Assembly: GCA_963676795.2 (NCBI GenBank) | Contig: CAXXTB010000001.1 | Coordinates: forward strand, 768,001 to 832,000 | Origin: Geopsychrobacteraceae bacterium | GTDB lineage: Bacteria; Desulfobacterota; Desulfuromonadia; Desulfuromonadales; Geopsychrobacteraceae | Reading direction: 5' to 3' | DNA length: 64,000 nucleotides | Shown: positions 52,589 through 63,800 of the stretch, one piece after another | Numbering within the stretch: position 1 is the first letter of the stretch | Layout: each line of letters opens with the position of its first letter | The notes under the pieces: model-generated | Told to the model about the DNA's origin: nothing | The model's input: only the letters and a program-made list of their open reading frames with translations | Databases searched by the model: none | Made by a program: the position numbers and the translations under genes

Positions 52589-52882
52589 GTGTCAGTCAAA
52601 ATAATCATTGTGCGACATGTGCCGGCGGATATTGAGGCCGCTCAACAGTTGAGGCCCCTGTTACTTGAGATGCGTGCCCTGGCCCAGATGCAGCCTGGCT
52701 ATGTCTCCGGTGAGACTTTGGTGAACTATGATGACCCGAGTGAATATCTGGTTATCAGCACCTGGCAGACGATCAAGGACTGGAACACCTGGCTCAATGA
52801 TGAGCGCCGCAGGGCGCTTCAGGAAAAGGTTGATTCCTGCACAGGTACGGAAACTCTTTATTCGATTTATTACAATGGCTGA
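52589..52882 (+). CDS. Antibiotic-biosynthesis-monooxygenase (ABM) family protein
   Basis: [17 protein letters not shown]...W..W; AAGGAGG RBS before GTG 52589. Confidence 0.85.
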   Translation: MSVKIIIVRHVPADIEAAQQLRPLLLEMRALAQMQPGYVSGETLVNYDDPSEYLVISTWQTIKDWNTWLNDERRRALQEKVDSCTGTETLYSIYYNG

Positions 52883-52907
52883 CGATTTAATGACTAAGGG
52901 ACAACCG

Positions 52908-54464
52908 ATGAATTGTAGAGAAGAAAAACTCAATTTTTTGCTTGAAAAACGCAGCAAGGCTCTTGAAGGCGGTGGGGTTGACAAGATTGAAAAACGCCAT
53001 TCCAGAGGGCTGCTGACGGCCCGTGAACGGCTCGATCTGCTGTTGGACGAGGGGAGCTTTGAAGAGTTCGACATGTTTAAGGAGCATCGTTGCACCCATT
53101 TCGGCATGGAAAACAATAAGCTTCCTGGCGATGGTGTGGTGACCGGTTATGGAACAATCGGCGGTCGTCTTGTCTACGTGTTTTCGATGGATTTTACCGT
53201 ACTGGGCGGTTCCCTTTCCGAGACTTTTGCGGAAAAGATCTGCAAGATCATGGATATGGCGGTCAAGAATGGTGCTCCGGTCATCGGTCTGAACGACTCC
53301 GGTGGGGCCCGCATCCAGGAAGGGATCGAAAGTCTCGCCGGTTATTCCGATATCTTTCTGCGCAACGTCATGAGTTCCGGTGTCGTTCCGCAGCTCTCCG
53401 GTATCTTTGGCCCCTGTGCCGGTGGTTCCGTCTATTCGCCTGCATTGACCGACTTTACCGTTATGGTCCGCAACAACAGTTATATGTTCCTGACCGGTCC
53501 GAAGGTCGTTAAGGCTGTTACCCATGAGGACGTCGATGTTGAAGCTCTGGGGGGCGCCTCGGTTCACACTTCACGCAGCGGTGTCGCCCACCTCGCGGCT
53601 GATGGTGAAGAACAGGCGATTGCTTACCTGAAAGAGATCTTCTCCTATATCCCGCAGAACAATATGGAGCCGGCACCGCGCAAGGAAACCTCAGATCCGG
53701 TCGACCGGGAGGAGCCGGGCCTGTGTCTGATGATGCCGGAAAATTCCAATGCACCTTACGATATCAAGCAGTTGATTGCGGCGACCGTTGATGACGGCGA
53801 ATTCCTTGAGATCCAGCCTGATTTCGCTCCGAATCTGGTGATTGGTTTTGCCCACTACGGCGGCCAGAGTGTCGGCATCGTCGCCAATCAACCGCTCAAC
53901 CTGGCCGGGGTGCTCGACAATGACGCCTCCGTCAAGGGAGCGCGCTTCGTCCGTTTCTGTGATGCCTTCAATATTCCGCTGGTCACCTTTGTCGACGTGC
54001 CAGGCTTCCTGCCCGGGACTGCCCAGGAGTATGCCGGGATTATCCGCAACGGGGCAAAGCTGCTTTACGCCTATGCCGAGGCGACTGTGCCAAAGGTCAC
54101 GGTTACCGTCCGTAAGGCTTACGGCGGAGCCTATTGTGTCATGAGTTCCAAGCATCTGCGCGGTGATATCAACTATGCCTGGCCAAGTGCCGAGATTGCC
54201 GTTATGGGAGCCAAGGGTGCTGCTGAAATCCTCTATGCCCGTGAGGTCTCCGCAAATCCGGAGAAGGCCGAAGAGATTCTCACGCAGAAGATCGAAGAAT
54301 ACTCGGAGAAATTCGCCAATCCTTATGAAGCAGCCAAGCGTGGTTATGTCGATGCGGTCATTCTGCCACAGAAAACCCGTTTCCGGATCTGCAATGCCCT
54401 GGTCATGCTGGAAGGTAAGCGGGACAGCAATCCACGCAAGAAGCACGGCAATATTCCTTTGTAA
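52908..54464 (+). CDS. mmdA: Acyl-CoA carboxyltransferase; methylmalonyl-CoA decarboxylase alpha subunit
   Basis: [47 protein letters not shown]. Confidence 0.85.
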   Translation: MNCREEKLNFLLEKRSKALEGGGVDKIEKRHSRGLLTARERLDLLLDEGSFEEFDMFKEHRCTHFGMENNKLPGDGVVTGYGTIGGRLVYVFSMDFTVLGGSLSETFAEKICKIMDMAVKNGAPVIGLNDSGGARIQEGIESLAGYSDIFLRNVMSSGVVPQLSGIFGPCAGGSVYSPALTDFTVMVRNNSYMFLTGPKVVKAVTHEDVDVEALGGASVHTSRSGVAHLAADGEEQAIAYLKEIFSYIPQNNMEPAPRKETSDPVDREEPGLCLMMPENSNAPYDIKQLIAATVDDGEFLEIQPDFAPNLVIGFAHYGGQSVGIVANQPLNLAGVLDNDASVKGARFVRFCDAFNIPLVTFVDVPGFLPGTAQEYAGIIRNGAKLLYAYAEATVPKVTVTVRKAYGGAYCVMSSKHLRGDINYAWPSAEIAVMGAKGAAEILYAREVSANPEKAEEILTQKIEEYSEKFANPYEAAKRGYVDAVILPQKTRFRICNALVMLEGKRDSNPRKKHGNIPL

Positions 54465-54491
54465 TTGGAATTAAAAGGAACGGAAGACATT

Positions 54492-54848
54492 ATGAACTTT
54501 GGATTTCACAATATCATAGATGGCAACGGCTTCGGTGTCATGCTGACCGGTATGCTGATCGTGTTTGTCGGCCTGGTCTTTCTCAGCTGTATCATCATGC
54601 TGCTCTCCAGCCTGGTGGATAAGAAGAAGCGCCCGCGGCGCCGCCTGTCGCAGAATCCTGATCCGGTTGAGCTCAAGCCGTCTACGGCGGAGATTATTGC
54701 GGTAGCCAGCTTGGTCATTCACATGGAATCTGAGCGTAGTCTTGGTGAATTGGCGCAAACTCCAATTCAGCGCCAGTCACGGCACGGTTCAATATGGACA
54801 TCGGTCGGTAAAATGCATTCGCTCTCAGAGGGAGGATCTCATGCGTAA
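54492..54848 (+). CDS. Na+-translocating decarboxylase OadG/MmdD-type membrane anchor
   Basis: Single TM (GMLIVF..L..L), IAV motif, SxW C-terminal motif. Confidence 0.8.
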   Translation: MNFGFHNIIDGNGFGVMLTGMLIVFVGLVFLSCIIMLLSSLVDKKKRPRRRLSQNPDPVELKPSTAEIIAVASLVIHMESERSLGELAQTPIQRQSRHGSIWTSVGKMHSLSEGGSHA

Positions 54849-55266
54849 GTATAATCTGAAACTCAACGGCAAGGAGTTTGAGGTTCAGTTCAAAAGTCTC
54901 AGTTCAGATAAGGCCCATATGGAGATCAACGGCAAGGACTATGCGGTTGATATCGCCTCGATCTCCGAGGTGATTCCCGAAGGTTCGCTTGAACGACTTC
55001 GTTCATCGGCTGCTGTCAGCGTCAAGGCCGCGGCGTCGACGACGTCCCTGGACGACGGGACCGTTATTGCTCCGATTCCCGGGTCTATTCTGGACATCAT
55101 GGTTGAAGTCGGCGAGAAGGTCGAAAACGGTCAGGCGCTGTTTAAGATGGAAGCGATGAAGATGGAAAACGAGATCAGGGCACGCCTGAGCGGGACCGTC
55201 ACCGAGATCAAGATTGCCGTAGGGGATACTGTCAATCAGGGTGAAGTGATGATGCTGATCGCCTGA
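54841..55266 (+). CDS. Biotin carboxyl carrier subunit (MmdC-like)
   Basis: APIPG, EAMKMENEI biotinylation motif. Confidence 0.93.
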   Translation: MRKYNLKLNGKEFEVQFKSLSSDKAHMEINGKDYAVDIASISEVIPEGSLERLRSSAAVSVKAAASTTSLDDGTVIAPIPGSILDIMVEVGEKVENGQALFKMEAMKMENEIRARLSGTVTEIKIAVGDTVNQGEVMMLIA

Positions 55267-55359
55267 CGGCATATGGCCTGAAGGTCTTCATTGCTCGTTA
55301 TCGTGACCACTCATTTGACCTATTCGTGATTTAATTTTGAACAGAGCAGAGAGTCAACC

Positions 55360-56481
55360 ATGGAATTGTTGATTAAATTTTTGTTGAGTACCGGTTTTGT
55401 CGGGATGAGTTGGCAGAATCTCGTCATGATCCTGTTCGGGGTACTGTTTATCTATCTGGCAATAAAGAAAAATTTTGAGCCGCTGTTGCTTCTGCCGATC
55501 GGATTCGGTCTGATTGTCGGCAATATTCCGCTACCGGCCGAGATTGCCGGCAGTGAAGAAGGCAATTTCTTCTATAATATTTATCAGGGGGTCAGCCAGG
55601 GGATCTATCCGCCACTGATTTTCCTCGGTGTCGGGGCGATGACCGATTTTTCGTCGATGCTCAGTAATCCGAAGCTGGTTCTCCTGGGTGCGGCCGCGCA
55701 GTTTGGTATTTTTCTGACCCTGATCGGTGCACTGTTTATCGGTTTTACCCCGGCCCAGGCCGGAGCCATCGGTATTATCGGCGGTGCAGACGGCCCGACG
55801 GCGATTTTCCTCGCTTCCAAGCTGGCGCCGGAGTTGCTCGGTTCTATCGCCATCGCGGCTTATTCGTACATGTCGCTGGTGCCGGTCATTCAGCCGCCAA
55901 TCATGCGCCTGTTGACCACGAAAGAGGAACGCCGTATCCGCATGCAGGTGTCTCGCCAGGTCAGTAAAAAAGAAAAGATAATCTTCCCGATCGTTGCTTT
56001 CCTTGTCTGTACCATGATTGCACCGGGTTCGATGGTCCTGATGGGATGTCTGTTCTTCGGTAATCTGCTGAAAGAAGCTGTGGTTACCGAGCGTCTGGCC
56101 AATACCGCCCGTAACGCGATGATCGATATTTTGACCATCCTGCTCGGTTTCTCCGTTGGTGCTCATACGCTGGCTGAAAACTTCCTGACCTGGCAGTCGA
56201 TCGGCATCTTTGTCATGGGTGCCGCGGCCTTTGCCTGTGCCACGGCTGCCGGTGTCCTGTTCGCCAAGTTCATGAACCTGTTCCTCAAGCAGAAGATCAA
56301 CCCTCTGGTCGGGGCCGCCGGTGTGTCCGCTGTTCCCAATGCGGCGCGGGTTTGTAATAAGGTCGGTCTCGAGGCCGATCCTGGGAATTATCTGCTGATG
56401 CATGCGATGGCACCAAATGTTGCTGGAGTCGTTGGTTCGGCAATCGCGGCAGGTGTCCTGCTGACGATCCTCGGCAGTTAA
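55360..56481 (+). CDS. mmdB: Na+-transporting decarboxylase beta subunit (OadB/MmdB)
   Basis: EPLLLLPIGFG, GAMTDF, IIGGADGPT, AYSYM, GVSAVP.AAR, HAM.PNV.G. Confidence 0.92.
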   Translation: MELLIKFLLSTGFVGMSWQNLVMILFGVLFIYLAIKKNFEPLLLLPIGFGLIVGNIPLPAEIAGSEEGNFFYNIYQGVSQGIYPPLIFLGVGAMTDFSSMLSNPKLVLLGAAAQFGIFLTLIGALFIGFTPAQAGAIGIIGGADGPTAIFLASKLAPELLGSIAIAAYSYMSLVPVIQPPIMRLLTTKEERRIRMQVSRQVSKKEKIIFPIVAFLVCTMIAPGSMVLMGCLFFGNLLKEAVVTERLANTARNAMIDILTILLGFSVGAHTLAENFLTWQSIGIFVMGAAAFACATAAGVLFAKFMNLFLKQKINPLVGAAGVSAVPNAARVCNKVGLEADPGNYLLMHAMAPNVAGVVGSAIAAGVLLTILGS

Positions 56482-56516
56482 CCTCCTGTCGGCATAACCG
56501 CTAAGATTCCACCTCG

Positions 56517-56554
56517 TCCCGCGAGATCTCACCCCAGGTCTCGCGGGATTTTTT
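56517..56554 (+). terminator. Intrinsic terminator of the decarboxylase operon
   Basis: TCCCGCGAGA...TCTCGCGGGA followed by TTTTTT. Confidence 0.85.
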
Positions 56555-56775
56555 ATGCCGAGCCCCCATTCCGGATTCTTTCTGTTCGCTGTTTCATTCA
56601 GTGGCTTAAATATGAGCAGGATATATGTGTAATAAATGGATATTGTTTATTGCGTCATCTGCGCAAATATGACTATCATCCGGAATCTGTGACTTCCGGG
56701 ATAATTGCGAGTGGCATATTCATATCCTCAGCAGAGCAATACATACTATTCCCGCATTACAATCAGGTTGGATCG

Positions 56776-58584
56776 GTGTCAGCAATCAGACAGAGACTCA
56801 ATATTCTAATTTCCCGCAAACTTCATCAGAAAACGCACGCTCTGCTGAATCGTCTGAGGATCAGCGAGAATACCTTCGCGATCATCCTGGCCGTCATTAT
56901 CGGTCTGCTCGGCGGCTTGGGAAACTACCTGTTTCGCAAGACGATCGAACTGGTTCACTGGCTGACTTTCGAGTCGCTCATTCATCATTTTGATGTGTCC
57001 CTCGAAGAGTGGAGCCCTCAGCGGATTCTGGTTGTCTTTCTGCCGGCGATCGGCGGCTTGCTGGTCATCCCCCTGTGGGTTTTCTTCGGTAAAGATCTCA
57101 AGGGCGGCTTTGCCGGATTTCTCGTCAAGGTCAATCTGAGAGGGGCCAAGCTGCCGTTTAGGCCGCTGGTCACCCGGGGGCTCGGTGCGGCCCTGACTAT
57201 CGGTACCGGCGGCAGTGCCGGCCAGGAAGGACCGATCGCCGTGATCGGCGGGACCATCGGCAGCCAGTTCGGCAAGCTGTTCAAGGTCAGCGGTGAAAAG
57301 CTCAAGGTGCTGGTTGCCTGCGGCGCCGCGGCCGGGGTTGCGGCGACCTTCAACGCGCCGATTGCCGGTGTTTTTTTTGCCACCGAGATCGTACTGCTCT
57401 CCTCCTTCGAGGTCGCCAGCTTTACCTCGATCGTTATCTCCAGCGGCATGGCGACGGTCGTTTCCAGGGCTTTGCTCGGCAACCATTCGGAGCTGGTCGC
57501 TCCTCCCTACATGATGCACAGCTACTGGGAGCTGGGCCTCTACCTGCTGCTTGGTCTGATCATCGGTGGGCTGGCGGCCGCCTTTATCGATGTCTTCTAC
57601 AGGATCAAGGATACTGTCGCGGCGATCAAACTGCCCCGCCTGGTCAAGCCGATTGGCGGTGGCCTGATGGTCGGGGTGATCGGCATGGTCTTGCCGCAGA
57701 TCTTCGGTAACGGCTACGAATTCATGAACGAGGTGCTCTCCGGTCAGCACACCTGGTACCTGCTCTTGGTCCTGATCGCGGCCAAGATGGTGGCGACGGC
57801 CATTACCCTCGGCTCCGGCCTGCCGGGCGGGCTGTTCGCCCCCTGCCTGTTTCTCGGCGCCGTCGCCGGTGGTGCCTTCGGCCACCTGCTGGCGGTGATT
57901 CTGCCCGGTGCCGATATCTCACCCGGCGCTTACGCGCTGGTCGGCATGGGCGCCTTCCTGGCCGCGTCGACCCACTCGCCGATGACCGCGATCTTTCTAC
58001 TCTTCGAGATTACCGACAGCTACCAGGTTATCATCCCGATCATGCTGACCTGTGTCATCGGCACCGCCATCGCCCGGCATCTGAAAAAAGACAGCATGGA
58101 GACGATGGAGCTGACCCGCATCGGTATCGATCTCGAGTCGGGGAAAGAGCGCAACATCATGAAGAGCCTGGCGGTTGGCGACGTCATGCAGCGCCGCGTC
58201 GAGTCGATCCCGGAGAGCATGACTCTCGGCGAATTCGCCGACTTCATTCAGCAGACCCACCATACCAATTTCCCGTTGATCAATAGCCAAGGCGAGTTGA
58301 CCGGGATCATCTCGGTTCAGGATTTCATGGGGGTGGTCTTCGAAAAAGAGCTGATGGACCTGGTCGTGGTCAAGGAGCTGGCGACAACAGATGTTATTAC
58401 CGTTCATGCCGAGGAGGATCTTGATGCGGCAATGCGTAAGATCGGCTATCGCAACATCGAACAGCTGCCGGTCGTCGATCGGGAGACCCACCGCAAGCTC
58501 TACGGGATCATCTCGCGGCGCGATATGATTTCCGCCTACAACCGCGAGCTGATGAGCCGCACCCTGGAGGATGACGATGAGTGA
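56776..58584 (+). CDS. CLC-family protein with CBS domains (second paralogue); start uncertain
   Basis: GSAGQEGP, FNAPIAG, FATE, GGLFAP, CBS pair. Confidence 0.9.
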   Translation: MSAIRQRLNILISRKLHQKTHALLNRLRISENTFAIILAVIIGLLGGLGNYLFRKTIELVHWLTFESLIHHFDVSLEEWSPQRILVVFLPAIGGLLVIPLWVFFGKDLKGGFAGFLVKVNLRGAKLPFRPLVTRGLGAALTIGTGGSAGQEGPIAVIGGTIGSQFGKLFKVSGEKLKVLVACGAAAGVAATFNAPIAGVFFATEIVLLSSFEVASFTSIVISSGMATVVSRALLGNHSELVAPPYMMHSYWELGLYLLLGLIIGGLAAAFIDVFYRIKDTVAAIKLPRLVKPIGGGLMVGVIGMVLPQIFGNGYEFMNEVLSGQHTWYLLLVLIAAKMVATAITLGSGLPGGLFAPCLFLGAVAGGAFGHLLAVILPGADISPGAYALVGMGAFLAASTHSPMTAIFLLFEITDSYQVIIPIMLTCVIGTAIARHLKKDSMETMELTRIGIDLESGKERNIMKSLAVGDVMQRRVESIPESMTLGEFADFIQQTHHTNFPLINSQGELTGIISVQDFMGVVFEKELMDLVVVKELATTDVITVHAEEDLDAAMRKIGYRNIEQLPVVDRETHRKLYGIISRRDMISAYNRELMSRTLEDDDE

Positions 58585-60829
58585 CCTGCTTTCCGGACTC
58601 AATGAGCCGCAACTCCAGGCTGTGCTCCATGACGACGGCCCACTGCTGCTGCTGGCCGGGGCGGGCTCCGGCAAGACCAGGGCGCTGACCCACCGGGTTG
58701 CCTATCTGATCCAGCAGCGCCAGGTGCCAGCCTGGCAGATCATGGCGGTGACCTTTACCAACAAGGCTGCCGGGGAGATGCGCGAGCGTCTCGAAAGCCT
58801 GCTTGGCAACCAGGTGCAGCCCTGGGTCGCGACCTTTCACGCCAGCTGTGTCAGGATACTGCGTCAGGAGATCGAGCATCTCGGTTTCAACCGTGATTTC
58901 ACTATCTACGACGATCAGGACCAGCTGCGCCTACTGCGCGATCTGCTCAAACAGCGCAACGTTGCGGAGAAGATCCTCAAACCCCGTGCCGTTGCCTCCT
59001 TTATCGACAGCGCCAAGAACCGTGGCCGCTTTCCGGATGCCTACGCCGATGTGCGCGGCGATGAACGCCTGCCGGCAGAGATCTACGCGGCCTATCAGCA
59101 GCGTCTCAAGGCGGCCAACGCCGTCGATTTCGGCGACCTGCTGCTGCTCACCGTGCAGCTCTTCGAGCAACACCCGGAGGTTCGCCAGCGCTGGCAGGAA
59201 CGCTTCAGCCATCTGCTGATCGACGAATTTCAGGATACCAACCGGGTTCAGTACCGTTTGATGCAGCTGCTGATCGGTGCGCACACCAAGCTCTGCGTGG
59301 TCGGCGATGACGATCAGTCGATCTATCGCTGGCGTGGCGCCGAAGTCGGCAATATCCTCGGCTTCGACGGCGATTTTCCGGATGCGACCATCATCCGCCT
59401 GGAGCAGAATTACCGTTCGACCCAGACCATTCTCAGGGCGGCCGGTGAGGTTGTCGGTCGCAACCCGGACCGGCGCAGTAAGACCCTCTGGACCGAGAAC
59501 CCCGCAGGAGAACCGCTGCATGTCGAAGCCGCGCCGGACGATCTGGAAGAAGCCAACTTCGTCGCGGGAGAAATAACCAAACTCAAGTTCCAGGGGTTCG
59601 CTTACAACGATATCGCCGTCTTTTACCGGACCAATGCTCAGTCACGGGCTCTGGAAGAGGCGTTGCGCGGCAGCAGTATCCCCTATGTGATGTTCGGCGG
59701 TGTTAAGTTCTACGCCCGGACCGAGGTCAAGGATGCGCTCTCCTACCTGAAGATCCTGGTCAATCCGAGCGATACGGTCTCCGCCAGGCGGATCATCAAT
59801 GTCCCGGCGCGTGGCATCGGCAACACCACGATTGAGCGGATCTCCTCTCTGGAAGAGGAGGCCGGTGGTTTCCTGGCCGCCTGCCGGCTGGCTGTGCAGC
59901 GCCAGCTCCTGGGGCCTGCTCCGCTGCGCAAGGTGGCCGCGTTTCTGGAGCTGATCGACGATTTTACGGAGCGGCTGAAGCGTATCTCCTACCCGCAGCT
60001 GATGGCCGATATCCTCGAGGAGAGCGGCTACAGCCCGGCCTTACGCGAAGAGGCCCAGCAGGGGCTGACCGGGGATATCAAAAAGGAAGCGCGCGGCCGC
60101 CTGGAGAATCTTGAGCAGCTGCTGGCCGGGATGGAACAGCATGCCTCGAGCGACGGCAGCCTGCAGGACTATCTCGAGCAGGTCGCCCTGATTACCGATC
60201 TTGACCAGTACGATGCGTCGCAGCCGCGGGTCACGCTGATGACCCTGCATTCGGCCAAGGGGCTCGAGTTTCCGGTGGTGTTCATGACCGGTATGGAGGA
60301 AGGGCTCTTCCCCCATTCGCGCAGCGGTGCCGGCGGTGAGGAACTGGCCGAAGAACGGCGTCTCTGTTATGTCGGCATGACCCGGGCGATGGAGAAGCTC
60401 TACCTGTCCCATGCCCGGCGCCGTCGGGTGTTCGGGACCTATCAGTTCAATCCGCCGAGCCGCTTTCTGGCCGAGATTCCGGCGGAACTGAAAGAGGGGG
60501 GGCGTGCTCCTGTCGTGCAGAAACGGGAGTCCGGCGGCCACAACCTGTCTGCCCTGGCCGACCTGATCAGCACGGAGCGACCGCAGGAGCCTGCGGCGCC
60601 GCCCCGGGTCGAAGAGGGCTTTTCCCAGCTGGTGCCGGAAGCGCTGGAAGAGGTCGCTGAATCTGCCCCGGGGTTCAGGCTGGGGAGCAAGGTTCGCCAT
60701 GTCAAGTTCGGCATCGGTACGATCCGCAGGCTCGAAGGGGAAGGGGACCGGCAGAAGGTGATCGTCTATTTCAATACGGTCGGCACCAAGAAACTGCTGC
60801 TCAAGTTCGCCGGTCTGATGCCGGTTTAG
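58577..60829 (+). CDS. uvrD: ATP-dependent DNA helicase UvrD/PcrA
   Basis: AGAGSGKT, TFTNKAA, DEFQDTN, VGDDDQSIY, LEQNYRS, HSAKGLEF, EERRL.YV..TRA, C-terminal Tudor-like domain. Confidence 0.96.
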   Translation: MSDLLSGLNEPQLQAVLHDDGPLLLLAGAGSGKTRALTHRVAYLIQQRQVPAWQIMAVTFTNKAAGEMRERLESLLGNQVQPWVATFHASCVRILRQEIEHLGFNRDFTIYDDQDQLRLLRDLLKQRNVAEKILKPRAVASFIDSAKNRGRFPDAYADVRGDERLPAEIYAAYQQRLKAANAVDFGDLLLLTVQLFEQHPEVRQRWQERFSHLLIDEFQDTNRVQYRLMQLLIGAHTKLCVVGDDDQSIYRWRGAEVGNILGFDGDFPDATIIRLEQNYRSTQTILRAAGEVVGRNPDRRSKTLWTENPAGEPLHVEAAPDDLEEANFVAGEITKLKFQGFAYNDIAVFYRTNAQSRALEEALRGSSIPYVMFGGVKFYARTEVKDALSYLKILVNPSDTVSARRIINVPARGIGNTTIERISSLEEEAGGFLAACRLAVQRQLLGPAPLRKVAAFLELIDDFTERLKRISYPQLMADILEESGYSPALREEAQQGLTGDIKKEARGRLENLEQLLAGMEQHASSDGSLQDYLEQVALITDLDQYDASQPRVTLMTLHSAKGLEFPVVFMTGMEEGLFPHSRSGAGGEELAEERRLCYVGMTRAMEKLYLSHARRRRVFGTYQFNPPSRFLAEIPAELKEGGRAPVVQKRESGGHNLSALADLISTERPQEPAAPPRVEEGFSQLVPEALEEVAESAPGFRLGSKVRHVKFGIGTIRRLEGEGDRQKVIVYFNTVGTKKLLLKFAGLMPV

Positions 60830-60851
60830 TGCTACGCCACTGGGGAGGTCT

Positions 60852-63800
60852 ATGGCAGAGACTGAACAGAAAAATTTTACCCTGTTGTTGGTCGATGACA
60901 ATCCGACCAACCTGATGCTGGTCGCCCACATCATCGAACTCGATCTCCCTGAGGTGCGGGTTCTGACGGCCCGCAGTGCCAGAGAAGGGCTGGAGCTGAC
61001 TGCCAGGGAGCAGATCGACGGGGCTTTTATCGATGTTCAGATGCCCCAGATGAGTGGACTCGACATGTGTCGTGTCCTGCGTGCCAGAGAGGCGACGGCG
61101 CGAATCCCGCTGGTTTTGCTGACCGCCCATACCGCTTCTCCCGAGATGCGCGCCGAAGGGCTTGAGGTTGGTGCCTACGACTTTATTTCGCAGCCGATCA
61201 GCAATGTTGAAATGCTGGCCCGGATCAAGGTCATGTTGCGCATGTGCGCGAGCGAAAGGCGTTTTTCCCAGAGTCACAGCGGGAAAGAGCTGCCCTCGGC
61301 CGACCATGCTCAGGCCCTGCGCTGGCTCAAAGGGCTGCTGATCTCCGGCGACGGCGACCTCAAGGATGAAGACCAGCCACTGCTGGAGCGCCTGGCCGGA
61401 GAACTTCCGGAGCCGAACAGCAGGAACCTCGAGCGCTTTTTCGGGCTGATGGCGACCGGCTTTCCGCTTCCCTGGCGACGGACACTGCTGAAGTTTTCGT
61501 TGATAGGTCATCTGCCGCTCGCCCTGGCTCAGAAGCTCAGTGAAGTCTCCGATGTTGAAGCGGTGTCGGAATACCTGGGGCGCCACGAATTATCTCTGCA
61601 GCAGACGATCGACAATCAGGAGTTCATTGTTGTTGAGCCCCGCCTCCTGGAGCTGTTACAGGAGCGCGCTGTACAGGTTCTCAGCAGTGAAGAACGGCGG
61701 GCTGTCTACCTGACCGCCGCCGAGTGGTTCCGGCGCCAGGACGAGTTTGCCCGGGCGCTGCGCTGCCTGATCCTGGCCGAAGTCTACGACGAGGTGTCCC
61801 AGTTGCTCAGTCAGGCCGGTTTTTTGCTTCTCGACCGGCATTTCCCGACGCTGGTGGCGCCGGTTCTCGGCCGCATCCCGGAGCGGGTGCTGGCCCGCTG
61901 CGGCTGGATGTCCCTGTTTCGCGGCATCCTCGATCTGCGTGGCTCCGGGGAGAACAGCGACACCTGGCTGGAACTCGCTTATCAGCGTTTTCTGGCCAAC
62001 GGTGATGAGCGGGGGCAGCTGCTGGTCCTCGCCAAGCAGGTTCAGCAGACGCTCTATTTTGACGGCAACTTCGATGCCTGGCGCGAGAAAAAGGCCAGCC
62101 TGGCGAGACTGGCAGACACCCTGTTGCCATCCCTGAGCCCGTTTGAACGCTTCAAGGTTGCCTATGCCTACGGCCTGGCAGAGCTGTTTTTCAACGGCAA
62201 CCTGGCCATGGTCGACAAAGTTGTCGGCGATGCGCTGATCGATGCCCAGCAGTTGCGCCTGACCGAGCCTCAGGCCGAACTTTACTATCTGCACAGTTTG
62301 CTGTCGCTCCATCAGGGGCGGATGATCGTTGCCCATTCGTCTCTTGAGCAGGGGCTGCGCCTCGCCGATCAGGGCTGTAAGGAGCTGGAAATCTGTCTGC
62401 TGCAGGTGCTCGGCTGTGAGCTGCTCCACGCTGTCGGTGATCTGGACGGGTTCCTCAAACAGCAGGAACTGATGGCGGCGAATTGTTCCAGTGGGCTGCA
62501 GAAAAGAACCATCATCGCGGCACTGCTTGGCTATTATCAGGCGAGCCTGAACCTGGCCCGCGGTGAGCTTAGGGGCGCATCGGAAGCGATCGATATCCTC
62601 ATGCTTGACGGGGTCACCGCCAGTCATCGTCCCATGTACTGCCGGCTGTTGCAGCTGCGTGGCTGGATCAGGGCTCTGGAGGGGCATGTCGAGGCTGCCG
62701 AACAGGATATGACCGAAGCACTTGCCCTGCGCCAGCGGATGGGCGGTGAGCTGACCTCGCAGGAGAACCTGCTGCTCGCCGGGGTGACCTGCTACAGCCT
62801 CGGCCGTTTCGACAAGGCCGCTGAGTACCTGGATGAAGCCCTGGTGCGCTCGAAACGTTTTGGCGAAGAACGGATGCGCGCCGGGATCTACGCCTGGCAG
62901 GCGCTGGTCTGTGCCAGGAACGGTCAGCCTGCAGCGGCCCGCCAGTATCTGGCGCAGTTTGCCGAGCTGATCCGCCGGCAGCAGACCACCAGTTTCTGGG
63001 GGATGACGGCCGAGGCGCTCGAGGAGCTGCTGCGCCTGGCCAGTGAGCTGGCTGTCGAGGTTTCGCTGCTTTCCCTGCTGGCCGTACAGGATAGCTGTAT
63101 TGACGCTGTGCAGGGAAGCCGGATCCCTCTGCTGCGTGTCTATTGCCTGGGGCGTTTTCAGTTGCAGATGGAAGGCAAGCTGTTCGACTTGAGTCAGACC
63201 GGCCAGGCTTCGCGCCAGATTTTGGCTGCGCTGATCGTTGCCCCGGACCGGACTATCAGCATTGAACAGCTGATGGGGCAGCTCTGGCCGGAGAGTTCGA
63301 CGACCAAGGCGCGCAACAGTTTCGACGCGGCCCATTCGCGTTTGCGCCGGAGCCTTGAAGAGGTGTTCGGCAAGCATATTCGCGACAATTATCTGGTCCT
63401 GGAAAAAGGGATGCTCTCTTTGCGCCACACCCAGATCGACAGCCTGGAGTATGCCGAGCTGCTCCTGCGTGCCCGGCATCATCTGCAGCGCGAACGTTTC
63501 TGGCAGGCGGAGATGCAGCTGTGGAAGATGGACGAGGCCTGGCAGGGGGAATTTCTCGCCGGTTTCGACCTGGCCGATGAGCTGGTCTATACCCGCGAAG
63601 ACCTGACCCAGATGCGCATTCAGCAGCTCAGCTTGCTGGCCCAGCTGCTCTGCCAGCGCCAGCGCTTTGAGCTGGCGATTCCGCTGCTGCAGAAAGGGCT
63701 GCAGATGGAGCCGGGGCAGGATCAGCTGGTCCGCCAGCTGTTGCAGATTTACCGGCAGCAGCAGGACAGCCGTGCTGCTGCCCAGCTGCTTGAAAACTAT

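Noticed and set aside
52728..52907. N-terminal extension of the carboxyltransferase in the ORF track
   Set aside because: It overlaps the ABM gene in another frame; family similarity begins near ATG 52908.
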